A stretch of DNA of 64,000 nt from NCBI GenBank assembly GCA_964016885.1, contig OZ024752.1, forward strand, positions 1,922,001 to 1,986,000. The letters run 5' to 3'. The stretch is from Eledone cirrhosa (Eukaryota). The first letter of the stretch is position 1. Every line of letters starts with the position of its first letter. A program made the position numbers and the translations under genes. The notes beneath the pieces are model-generated. The model saw only the letters and a program-made list of their open reading frames with translations. It was not told the origin of the DNA and searched no databases. Of this stretch, positions 18,151 through 31,743 are shown piece by piece.

Positions 18151-20487
18151 TGCTGCTGGAAAACTTTAACTTACTAAAGGTAAAATGGTCTGAGGGCCGC
18201 CTTCTCCCTGGAGTGAAGAAATCACTCGAACAGAGACAGACGGAGTTCCAGCTGTCCCTCACACACAGTCTGTTCACGGAACAAGTAGTATTCCTATCAA
18301 AAACAGGCGAGACTGTCCTGGGTCTCTGCTTTGCAAACAAGGCAATTCTCATCCATAATGTGAGGGTGACACCAACGATCTTCTCGGATCAAAACTTGGT
18401 GGAACTAATGATATGTGGTCTGAGAGAGTCAACTGAGACGCAACTATCAAGAAGCACCGGGAACTTATCCAGACTTACAGTTCACAAGGCTAAGTGGAAA
18501 AAAATCAAGAAAGAAATCCGGAAGCAAAAACGGAGCGACATCACCACCACAAAAGACACCAACACGCATTTTCGACATTTCATGACAACAATACAAACTA
18601 TATACCATTAGTTTGTCCCGGAGAAAAAGGCCAACGGACACAAAAATCTTATTCTCGGAGACAGGAAAATCCTTATGAGAAGAAGGACTAAACTCACAAA
18701 CAAGGTAAATACACAACAAAAAAAACAACAAAAAAACAAAAACAAGAAGGAGTCCTTTCTGAAACATACTCTACTTGAACTTGAAACTGCACTCAATCTT
18801 TCTCATGATAAGGAGAGGGCAGAGAGAGAAATAAGGGCCATAGGAAATATTAAAACAAGTCCTTCTTTAAATTTGCAAAAGAGACTACCTCGATACACGT
18901 TAAGATTGGGCCACTCTTCTATAAAAATGGTTCATTAACCGAGGATCTTCAAGGTGTAAGTGAAATACTGAATGAACAGTACAAAAGTGAGGTCACACCT
19001 CCATTGAAACACATGCAAATACCAAAGCCAAAGGATTTCTTTAATGCCACAACACTCCATGAAGAAATAGCGGCCATCAACCGCATAGACATAACGGAGG
19101 AAGATGTGATTACCACCTTAGACCAACTTAGACAAACTCAGATACTGGACATGATGTTAAGAACATGTAAGCATGCTTTAGCAAGTCCACTGACGACCGT
19201 CTTCAGAAGTTCTTTGTCTAGCGGTAAACTACCCAGGGAGCTTAAATAAGGCAAAATATGTCCTCTCCATAAAGGGGGAGGCAGAGTGGTCACCAAAAAC
19301 TACAGGCCAGTCTCCCTGACGTCACATATCAGTAAGGTCATGGAACGAATCATCAACAAGAAACTGACCGTTTCCTCGAGGAAAATGACCACCTAACTAA
19401 CACGCAGCATGGCTTCTGCCCAGGAAGAAGCTGCCTTACACAGCTGCTACTACAAAACAGCACATGTGGACTTGATATATATTGACTTTGCGAAGGCCTT
19501 TGAGAAGGTCGACAACGGAATGATATGTCACAAACTACACAGACTCGGCATAACTGGAAAAGTAGGTGAGTGGCTGCATGACTTCTTAAATGACAGAAGC
19601 CAGAGAGTTGCAGCAAATGGGGCCCTCTCAAAGGAAACTTCATATTCCCCAGAATAGAGTCTTGGGACCACTACAGTCATCCTTTTCTTTACACATCATG
19701 TGGGTGGCGATAAGGTGCAGACGACTCGCTGGCTTGATCTTGAGGACTTTCCGGACAAGAGACCGAGAGACAATGTTGATACTATGGAGTACATTTGTCG
19801 AAAGCTGCCTGGACTATTGCTCCTAGCTGTGGTCATCACATAGTATCAAACTAACCACGGAGCTCGCGGCAATCCAACGAAGCTACAGCAAAAGGATTGC
19901 CACGATGAAGGAGATAAGCTACTGGGAGAGGCTAACAGACCTGAAACTCTACTCCTTGGAACGAAGACGGGAAAGATACGCACTGATATGCATATGGAAA
20001 ATCCTGAAGGTACTAGCTCCAGATTTTGGCATTGAAGGCTGGAGCAACACCCGAACAGGACGTCACTGTGTGGTGCCAAAGGTCCCGTCTTCCACATCTA
20101 GGATGAGGAGCAGATATCGCTATAGCCTGGCGTTTAAAGGCCCTCAACTCTTCAACAAGCTGCCAAGGAATTTGAGAGACCTGCATGGTGTGGACGTGCA
20201 TGTTTTCAAGAAACAACTCGTCACTTTGTTATCCAGGATCCCGGATGAACCCACAGTACCTTACGAAGGTAAACTAAGGGCTGCGGAAACGAACTCCTTC
20301 TAGCACAAATGGCCAGCCAACACATGCTGGAGATAGAATGTGTAGCAGCAAGGGCGGTGCCCCAGCTTGAAATCAGCCGAATGGCTGGAACCAACACATG
20401 CTGGAGATAGAATGTGTAGCAGCAAGGGCGGTGCCCCAGCTTGAAATCAGCCGAATGGCTGGAACAGGTAAAGGTGTAAAAGAGTAA

Positions 20488-20490
<3 letters not shown>
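18150..20490 (+). mobile_element. Decayed, 5'-truncated APE-type non-LTR retrotransposon (CR1-group LINE) ORF2 relic with 3' UTR
   Basis: APE remnants (ENFN.., IFSDQN); RT motifs PLHKGG..KNYRPVSLTSHISKVMERII, QHGF.PGRSC, IYIDFAKAFEKVD; C-terminal SYWERLTDLKLYSLERRRERY; many frameshifts and stops, and the YADD region appears deleted; (TA)n on both sides. Confidence 0.88.
20317..20464 (+). repeat. 74-bp perfect tandem duplication in the LINE 3' UTR
   Basis: ccaacacatgctggag...aatggctggaa occurs twice. Confidence 0.95.
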
Positions 20491-20529
<39 letters not shown>

Positions 20530-20726
20530 TTTTCCTATATGTAGAGAACAAAACGTTGTATCGCGCTGCTATTTTTATCGGCATTATCAACAAGATTATA
20601 ATAACCCGCTTTTACTCATGGACTATTTTTGTGTGTAAGTCACTTTAACTGCTGGACCGCATGCAACGGACAGGAAGCGAAATATTAACTTACTAAGAGG
20701 CTTTAAACCCTTATCATATGGAAATA

Positions 20727-20806
20727 GCTGTCTGAAGATCTAATTTTTTCCATTGGAAATTCTCTGAATTCCCAATCTTTTGATTAGTGAAACCGTCGGT
20801 AACGGC
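20727..20806 (+). ncRNA. Type I hammerhead ribozyme, ~50-nt stem II region
   Basis: gctgt CTGAAGA t ctaatt..attgg..gaatt..ccaat..gattag t GAA accgtcggt A acggc. Confidence 0.8.
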
Positions 20807-21084
20807 AACAGAACAGGTGAATATTTAAATCGCTTTTTAATTTATTTAAAAGATTGTTTGATGATTACTTGTTCCGCTCATTTCTATAGTTCTGCTATCT
20901 CAAATTAATACCATCAAACCACAATTATTTTAAACACCATGCATATAGGTACGTAGTGCCTCTCGAAATATCCATGCCCTTTTATATATATATAGTAATA
21001 TTGTTACATTTGAAGACTAAAATCCAAAGAGGGCTTGATAAGGATAGATATATATCAAATATATAAGAACCGTAGAGCAAATAT

Positions 21085-21213
21085 TTATTAAAATAACATA
21101 TTAAAAATTAAGCAAATAATCGGCGCTTTCACCCTTAACGGGAATTTCTGAGGATCCGGTTAATGGTGAAAGCAGCGATTATTTGCTTAAACTTTAATCT
21201 GTTATTTTAATAA
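21085..21213. repeat. Imperfect fold-back inverted repeat with an HHR-like core (CTGAGGA..GAAA) at its centre
   Basis: ttattaaaataaca..aagcaaataatcg..ctttcacc is mirrored on the right arm. Confidence 0.8.
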
Positions 21214-21221
21214 TTAAATAA

Positions 21222-23171
<1,950 letters not shown>

Positions 23172-23547
23172 TATGTAGATAAATCTACCAAGAGTTTACG
23201 GTAGTGTCCAATCCGTATGAAGAACTCAATGTATTCCGGGATATCATGGAAAGAAGAGATGTAATGAAAAATCACTTTCGGTGGAAGATAAACGGTATAC
23301 AGAGTCAAGATAAAATATTAAACAAATAATGAATAAACAATTCCTTATATTAAACAAAAAAAGTTCATTATTTAACGATCGATTCTAGGATATATATGTG
23401 TTAGAATTGGTATGCATATTCAACAGATCTATGTACAAAATTATACAAAATTATACAAATTATCAAGATTAAATATACATACCAACACATATATACGCCG
23501 TCTTCAGAAATAATGAAGTATATTTATTGATAATAACAACAATTCAA
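23172..23547 (-). repeat. 3' pseudo-LTR
   Basis: Direct repeat of 30272-30646. Confidence 0.92.
23364..23517 (-). ncRNA. Hammerhead ribozyme in the 3' pLTR, with GAAA>GAAU core mutation
   Basis: Same as 30463-30616 except that + strand 23382 is A instead of T. Confidence 0.7.
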
Positions 23548-24149
23548 AATTTCAGGTCCGTTTGGGAACAAAATTGACCAATGAAAACACAAAGGGTTAA
23601 ATGCAATTCGGTGTGTGTATATACATGTAAAACCCTTACACATATTTTACAAAAATGTATGTATAATTTGTATACGCATACTAAAAGGATGGATGCAAAT
23701 ACAAAATTTCAAGGTTAATGTCTCTGTAGGTTTATAATGCACAGATAAGATGCGTATTGACACTTTTGAAATTAAGTATATAAATATATTTTTTCATACA
23801 CACACATATCCGTACAATCACACATACACGCGCGTATATGCATAAATATACACATAACCACGAACATACAAACACACACACACCCCCACTCACATTTATA
23901 TATGTGGATATAAAATCATAAGCACATGGATATTAATTCACTCACATAAAACACTGGCACACACATTTTTAGATCAAGATACAGAAATTAGGTGGGAGGG
24001 GGGGGGAGAGGTCAGTGTTCAGCGGTCTGAGCTGACTGCCTAATATAGATGTATCTATAAACTAAGAAAATAATATATAAATAAACATTAAAGAGGAAAG
24101 AATAGAAAGAAAACAGAAAAAAGAAAAAAGAAAAAAGAAATATATCAAG

Positions 24150-24176
24150 AAAATAAATATATATATATACATATAT

Positions 24177-24215
<39 letters not shown>

Positions 24216-24400
24216 TATATATATACAATATACATATATATACACATATACACACATACACACATACATAAATATAGACACACATATACAAACACATACA
24301 TACATATACACACATCCACACTAAGAACATACATACACACACATATATAAACATATACATATACACACATACATACATATACACATATACATACAAATAC

Positions 24401-24431
<31 letters not shown>

Positions 24432-24765
24432 AATACATATATATACATATATATGTATATACACGCACATATACACACACCTATACATATGATCACACAT
24501 ACTATATAGAGACAGATATATATAACCACACACATACATGCACATATACAACACTTACATACTAATATACATACAGATATACACATACATATCTATATAT
24601 ACACACAAATATATACAGACTTACATATATACATACAGACAAATACTTACGCATCTATATATCGGTATATACATACAAACACCACTACACTATCACACAA
24701 CTTAGAAATACAAAGAGAAAGGTATATACCTATACACACATACATATACAAATAGAAAAACATAT

Positions 24766-24804
<39 letters not shown>

Positions 24805-24829
24805 TATACATATACATATATATATATAT

Positions 24830-24874
<45 letters not shown>

Positions 24875-25095
24875 ATATACACATACACACACATACACAT
24901 ATACACACATACATACATGTACACACACATAGAAATATATACGCATACACACATACACACATACATATAAAGTCATACACACACATACACCTACACGAAC
25001 ATACACATACACATATATAAAGATATATATACACACACACACACACACAACACATACACACATACATATATATATAAAAAAAATAAATAATAAAG

Positions 25096-25128
<33 letters not shown>

Positions 25129-25527
25129 CATACATATACATATATATATATATACATATATATATACATACATACACACAAATATACATACACATACATA
25201 CACACATACATATACATACATGTACATACATACACGTACATCGATATACATACATATATATATACACACATAGACATATACATACATACACACACATCTT
25301 ACATACACACATATATATACATGTATATTCATACATAGAATTAGATATATAATCATACATACATATGTACTTACTTATACTCATATATACAAATACATAC
25401 GCATCCATATATGCGTATATACATAAAAACACCACTACAACCTCACCTAACTCAGACATATAAATAAAAATAAAAAGGCATATGCATATACATATATACA
25501 CGCATTAATAGAGATATATATATATAG

Positions 25528-25566
<39 letters not shown>

Positions 25567-25683
25567 TATATACATATATATACACACATACATTCATACA
25601 TATATATATATAGATACCCACACACTCATACCACCATAAATACACATACAAACACCCACATATACATATATATATACACACGC

Positions 25684-25718
<35 letters not shown>

Positions 25719-25975
25719 TAAAAAAACAGACATGCACATATATATATATTTTTTTACACTTATATATACACATATTATATACACATACACAACCTCACAT
25801 ATACACACATACACATAAGTTATATTATAATAATAAAAAATAAAAAATAATAATATATATATATATAAATATATATATATATACACATACATATATATAT
25901 ATATATATATACATATAAACATATACATACATATATACACACATACGAATATAGACATATATTCACACATAGACA

Positions 25976-26033
<58 letters not shown>

Positions 26034-26088
26034 TACATATACACAGACATATATACACACTCACATATATATGTGTGTGCACACACAC

Positions 26089-26119
<31 letters not shown>

Positions 26120-26425
26120 AACACATATATGTGCATACATGCACACACACACACATATATCACATAGATACGAAGATAGACGTATAAATAGAGAGACATA
26201 CATATATATACAACACACATACACTCACATACATACACACACATATACATATACATATATATATACATATATATATATTCCCATATACACATATATACAC
26301 ACATATACATACATATATATATATATATACACATATACATAACACATTCACATACACATACATATATACATGCATATATACACATATATACATACATAGA
26401 CACACTCATATATACACACACAATC
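24150..26425. repeat. Degenerate strand-biased (CA/TA) low-complexity tract inside the PLE
   Basis: ACAT/ACAC-rich on +, with recurring blocks ~750 bp apart (24647 vs 25398). Confidence 0.85.
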
Positions 26426-27677
26426 TTACATTCATATTTGCATGCGCATATATGTATTTTTATATTTAGATATAATTACCCAAACCTATATAGACACCTA
26501 CCTACAAATATATTTTCATACATACATGCTTACAAATACAGATGATAATAGTATGGGGGAAAGGGGGGGTTTGGAGAAGGGGATCATAGTAAATATATGT
26601 TTCAAGAAACATAGAATATTTTCCGTATCTTTATCCAATGTATGTTTTTACATAGTTTCAGTGTTAGGAAATACAACAAACAAGAACTAAGGCAAAATCT
26701 ATGCATCTCAAAATAAACAAGTATACCATTAATTATATGTTAACTAAACCAAAGATAGTTAACATATTGATTTCTAAGGTGTAAATTAGTTAGGTTTATA
26801 ATATTTGAAGCAGAATTTTGAAGTTAAATAGTAGTAGAGTATTAATTATAGTATAACTAAATTAAAGTTAATAACGTTATGGTATCAATATTAGGAAATG
26901 AATTTAGTAATAGGGAAAAAACAAATAAAATAAAGTATTACATCGGTAGTAGAATATAAATTATAGGTTAACTAAATTAAAAATTATATATTTATTTCTA
27001 TAGTATATGTTAATTAGGTATATAATACATAAAGCAGATATTGTATTTTATCAATAGCATAATATAATTATATGCAAATAGAAATCAAAATTAATACATA
27101 TACATATACATATACATACATATACATATATACATATATATACACATATATATATATATACATATATACACACATACATACATACACACATACACATACA
27201 CATATACATATACATATCTTTTTCAAAAAATTGCATAGAATATATTAACTAGGTATATATCCAAAACACATCCCATTCTATGATTACATGACATTCTGCA
27301 ATTCGTCTGTATAAGGATACTAATTTTAAGCAAATTAAAATTAAATTTTTAGGTTGATTAAAATAAAACCAAATTATAAATATATTTCTAAAATGTATAT
27401 TAATTAGGTCTATAATACTAAAAATTATTTCTCTGTTATTGGATACACGATATTATTTTGTTATATTTTATCTGTAAAAAAATTATAATAAAAGGTTTAA
27501 ATAAATTAAAATTAATCTATAAATTAAATTACTAAGTATATATTAGTAATACTTAAAGGTTTTTCACAATTTATGATTACATAATATTTTATATTCTTAT
27601 CTGTAATAAAATTTTAATTAAATTAAATTTATAGGTTAACTAACATTTAAATTAAATTAATTTCTAAAATAATGTTA

Positions 27678-30119
27678 TTAATTAGGTTTATAATATTTAA
27701 ATGTTTTTTTTAGTTTATGATTACACGATATAATTAATTCCTGTCGTTTATTTAATAAGATATCCTTAGACTTCATTATTTCAAATAGTTCTTGGGAACA
27801 TAATCTACATTCATTTCTATTATTTTGATAAGGGGTGGCTCTTTTGAGCACACTCCAGGTCAAATCATATTCTATATTCTTATTTTTATAACTATTGATT
27901 TTTTCTGCTAGAGATGTTGTATTAGCCAGTGCGGCATTTTTAAAACTATGCTTGTGGGTATTAAACCTTGTCTTAAAATTGTTAGAGGTAGCTCCTATAT
28001 ATGAGCAAATAGAATCTTTAGTTTTAACATTACATTTATAGACTATGTTGTTAACAAGACAATTCCCTTTTAATGGGCAGTTTGCTTTGTTTCTACAGTT
28101 ACATCCTTTCGTTAATTCTGTATTTGAGGAGATATTATGGTTAATTTGATGTACTGGTGGTATACTTATGGTTTTCTTACATTTATATGCATTATATGCA
28201 CTTATATTTTGTTTTATGTTATTTGTTGTAGAATATGAGAATTTAACTGTAGACCTATTTAAGATTTGATGGTATTTGTGGTTTGGCGGGAAGTTTTTCT
28301 CAAGGATATAAAAAAATTTTTTAGCAATATTATCCTTAACTTGTAAATTAAAAGGAGCATTATACCAAGTAACCTGTCTATTACGGTTTCTATGTTGTTT
28401 ATTATTTTTATTATTTTTATAGGTTGTATCGTGATTTTTACTAGGAGGATTAATGTTAATGATCTCACCACAACTATTTTTAGTTATATTTGTAGATTTA
28501 GGTGTTTTATCCTTTTTATTAGGAGTTATATTATTAATATTTATTAGAGTTGTATGATGAGTAGTTTTTTGAGAGTTACTATACTTTATATTAGAAGATT
28601 TGGTATTTTGGGGTATAGTGTGGGTGGCATTTAGGTGTGTACTTTTCATTTGGTGTTTGTTGGTAGTATTATGTTGTATGCTTTCAGTATTTTTAGTAGA
28701 AGGTATATACTCTAATCTATTTTTGTGGCCACTTCTATCTAGAGCTTCGTTATAGAAGGTCGCATTTTTATCAAATACATCTTGGTTAGAAGAAAGGTTA
28801 GAAATTCTAAGTGATATATTATATGCAAGGTTTTTAAGGATAGATTTAGGGTGATTAGATTGTGAGTGTATGTAATGTAAGTTTTGGTTAGGTTTATGGT
28901 AAGGTTGGTAGATACCCGTAGCTAAATCTAAAGTTATATCTAGGAAATTTACTACTTTACTTGTTTTTTCAAAAGTAATATTAAGATTATAATAGTCTTT
29001 AAGGAAAGTTCTAATATGTTTTTTGTTTTTTTCAATTTCTGAAAGGCTAAGGTTGTTAGAAAGAAGAAGACAGTCATCACGATATAAACCACCTTTGAGG
29101 TGGGGAAAAGAGGCATTTATGTTGAAAAGGAGAAAGAGGCCCACAAGATCAGTAATTTGGGCGGAATCGCTTGAACCCATAGTAATATCAAAAAGATTAT
29201 TATATGTGTTTCTGGTCCAGTATTCATTCTGAAATTCAATAAGTGTTAGTCTAGCATGTGTAATAATATTGATGTCATCCAAAGTTAAGTTAGATCTATT
29301 TTTAGCAAATATCAATGCTTTGTTCAGGAGTATAGGTGATATAGAAGAATAGTAATTATCTATATCAAATTGTAGGAAAGAAGCAGAAGATTTATACCTA
29401 ATATTTTTAAACCAGTTAATTACCTGGGAGGTGTTTTCCCAGAGTGGTAAAATAACGTGTTTTCTTATTTGTGGGATGACTCTATCTAAAATTTTTTTGC
29501 TAATTATTCCAATATCTGATTTGGAGGGACATATAAGTCTAATAGAAGGATTTGAGTTAAAGTTAGATTTGTGATCTTTCAGGTTGAAGTGTGGTCTTTT
29601 CAATGCCAAAGGTTCAGTTCTATCTTCAATGTTTAGTTTTTTTACTATGTTGTGTGTTTTGTTGTTGATGTTGGTAAGTGACACATTATTAGATTTTTTA
29701 TAATTTTTTCTGAGTTCTTTATATATGAACTCGTTATAATGTTCAATATCCATATGATACAAGTTACCAGTTTTGTCCGAGTGGACATGGATTTTTTTAG
29801 ACTTTTTTAGGTCCAATAGGGTAGAATCAAGGTCCTTTTGAAAGACGGATTTATTCTTTTTAAATTTGAGGTGTTTAATTAAATTAAAAAGGTATTTCTC
29901 GAAGTCTTCAAGTAAAAAGTTGTGTGGTGGATTCTTGTAAGTATTGAAATCATACATATATTTCCGATCTGCTTGTTTAGATTTTCTATCGAAGTGGTAG
30001 GCTCTCCATCTAACCCTTCTGATAAAATTATTAGTTTTCTGAATCATAAGGAGTAAGAAGTCATCCTTAGAAGGTATTGGTATGTTTTTTAAGGAGGTTC
30101 CTAAATATTGTTTTTCCAT
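27678..30119 (-). CDS. Penelope-like reverse transcriptase + GIY-YIG endonuclease (~813 aa from the first ATG)
   Basis: Uninterrupted ORF; SLKNIPIP..FIRRVRW N-terminus, DKTGN, KDHK..F...P..RLI.P, QFDIDNYYSSI, MGSSDSAQITDLVG, catalytic YRDD, NFLDITLD, SNHP thumb, CNCxxxxxCPLxGxC, NIVY..YIGAT, RFNTH, CRLC..CNH. Confidence 0.95.
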   Translation of the reverse strand: MEKQYLGTSLKNIPIPSKDDFLLLMIQKTNNFIRRVRWRAYHFDRKSKQADRKYMYDFNTYKNPPHNFLLEDFEKYLFNLIKHLKFKKNKSVFQKDLDSTLLDLKKSKKIHVHSDKTGNLYHMDIEHYNEFIYKELRKNYKKSNNVSLTNINNKTHNIVKKLNIEDRTEPLALKRPHFNLKDHKSNFNSNPSIRLICPSKSDIGIISKKILDRVIPQIRKHVILPLWENTSQVINWFKNIRYKSSASFLQFDIDNYYSSISPILLNKALIFAKNRSNLTLDDINIITHARLTLIEFQNEYWTRNTYNNLFDITMGSSDSAQITDLVGLFLLFNINASFPHLKGGLYRDDCLLLSNNLSLSEIEKNKKHIRTFLKDYYNLNITFEKTSKVVNFLDITLDLATGIYQPYHKPNQNLHYIHSQSNHPKSILKNLAYNISLRISNLSSNQDVFDKNATFYNEALDRSGHKNRLEYIPSTKNTESIQHNTTNKHQMKSTHLNATHTIPQNTKSSNIKYSNSQKTTHHTTLININNITPNKKDKTPKSTNITKNSCGEIININPPSKNHDTTYKNNKNNKQHRNRNRQVTWYNAPFNLQVKDNIAKKFFYILEKNFPPNHKYHQILNRSTVKFSYSTTNNIKQNISAYNAYKCKKTISIPPVHQINHNISSNTELTKGCNCRNKANCPLKGNCLVNNIVYKCNVKTKDSICSYIGATSNNFKTRFNTHKHSFKNAALANTTSLAEKINSYKNKNIEYDLTWSVLKRATPYQNNRNECRLCSQELFEIMKSKDILLNKRQELIISCNHKLKKTFKYYKPN

Positions 30120-30271
30120 TGTGATATGGATGATGGACAATTGAAAGAGCTCAACTAAATGTATATGGGTTTACAAAATCATACATATATATATGTATAT
30201 ACATAAATATAAAATTAATACACACATACAGTACAAAAATACGAATATTTCCGTGAAAATAGGAGCAAAAT

Positions 30272-30646
30272 TATGTAGATAAATCTACCAAGAGTTTACG
30301 GTAGTGTCCAATCCGTATGAAGAACTCAATGTATTCCGGATATCATGGAAAGAAGAGATGTAATGAAAAATCACTTTCGGTGGAAGATAAACGGTATACA
30401 GAGTCAAGATAAAATATTAAACAAATAATGAATAAACAATTCCTTATATTAAACAAAAAAAGTTCATTATTTAACGATCGTTTCTAGGATATATATGTGT
30501 TAGAATTGGTATGCATATTCAACAGATCTATGTACAAAATTATACAAAATTATACAAATTATCAAGATTAAATATACATACCAACACATATATACGCCGT
30601 CTTCAGAAATAATGAAGTATATTTATTGATAATAACAACAATTCAA
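30272..30646 (-). repeat. 5' pseudo-LTR
   Basis: Direct repeat of 23172-23547; followed by a 25-bp tandem duplication at 30647-30671. Confidence 0.92.
30463..30616 (-). ncRNA. Type I hammerhead ribozyme with ~115-nt stem II region
   Basis: rc: ttcattattt CTGAAGA [cgg..tatatatgtgtt ggtatgtatatttaa ... ttgaatatgcatacc..aacacatatata..ccta] GAA acgatcgt T aaataatgaa; 10-bp stem I. Confidence 0.8.
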
Positions 30647-30670
30647 TTTATTGATAATAACAACAATTCA

Positions 30671-30772
<102 letters not shown>

Positions 30773-30848
30773 GTTTAAGCCGGATTCAATCGGTAACCAC
30801 AGTATGGTACTCAATATATAGCAGAGTAAAAATAGTTAATATTGAAAT

Positions 30849-30901
30849 GGCTTCTACATGTCTAGAAACGGTTTCATTAGGTTGAAATCATCAGGAAAGC
30901 C
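30849..30901 (-). ncRNA. Hammerhead ribozyme-like motif (separate family)
   Basis: rc: ggctttc CTGATGA t tt-caacct-aa t GAA accgtttctagacatgt A gaagcc; weak stem II and imperfect palindromic stem III. Confidence 0.55.
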
Positions 30902-31267
30902 GACTGTTAATGTAATATGGTGGTATTTGTACATTTTCTTGTAGTAGGGGAGGGTGGTGATTGTGATGGTTGGAGGTCATTGGTCAATGGATTTAAAGGA
31001 AGGGATTCTTAAAAAAATGAAAAATATATTTAGAGAAAAATACATGGTGATGCAGAGGCAGAAGTAAATTCTTGCTAAGTACCTATAGACAAATACACTG
31101 AGAGGCACCCCTAATTTTCAAGATTCATTTATTCCAAGCCAACAATGTGTATTCATTGAGCGGCAATATATAAATGCTCTGCTAAATGATAGTGAGTTCT
31201 GCAAAAATGGTCAGATATATACAATCACACACACACATGCACACATACACGCACACGGTATCCTCTT

Positions 31268-31352
<85 letters not shown>

Positions 31353-31688
31353 ATTGGTTAATTATTTAAGTTTGTTTAATAACGGTCTGGTTGAGTGCTT
31401 CATTTAGTTTGTGTATGGAATTTTTTCCATTGCTCATAATTTGAATTTGACCTCCATAAACCGGGGTTACCTCCCTTTGGAGTAACGTGCTATCACATCG
31501 GGATTTTGGTTAGAACGAAAGCCTGTTGAGAAAGTAAATCCTCCGTTCGATCTTCCCGAAACCTAACTTGTATACACCACAAGCGGATTTTGTGATTTCG
31601 GATTTACAGAAACCTCACTTAGATATTCAATAATTTCGAAGTGACGGTCCATATATTTTATATATACAGATATGTGCATGTACGTATG

Positions 31689-31743
<55 letters not shown>

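Noticed and set aside
27678-30119. Possible selenoprotein-type Naiad
   Set aside because: No in-frame UGA in the ORF and no SECIS recognised
31515-31595. CTGTTGA...CGAAAC with hairpins
   Set aside because: Core mismatch, and stems I and III could not be closed
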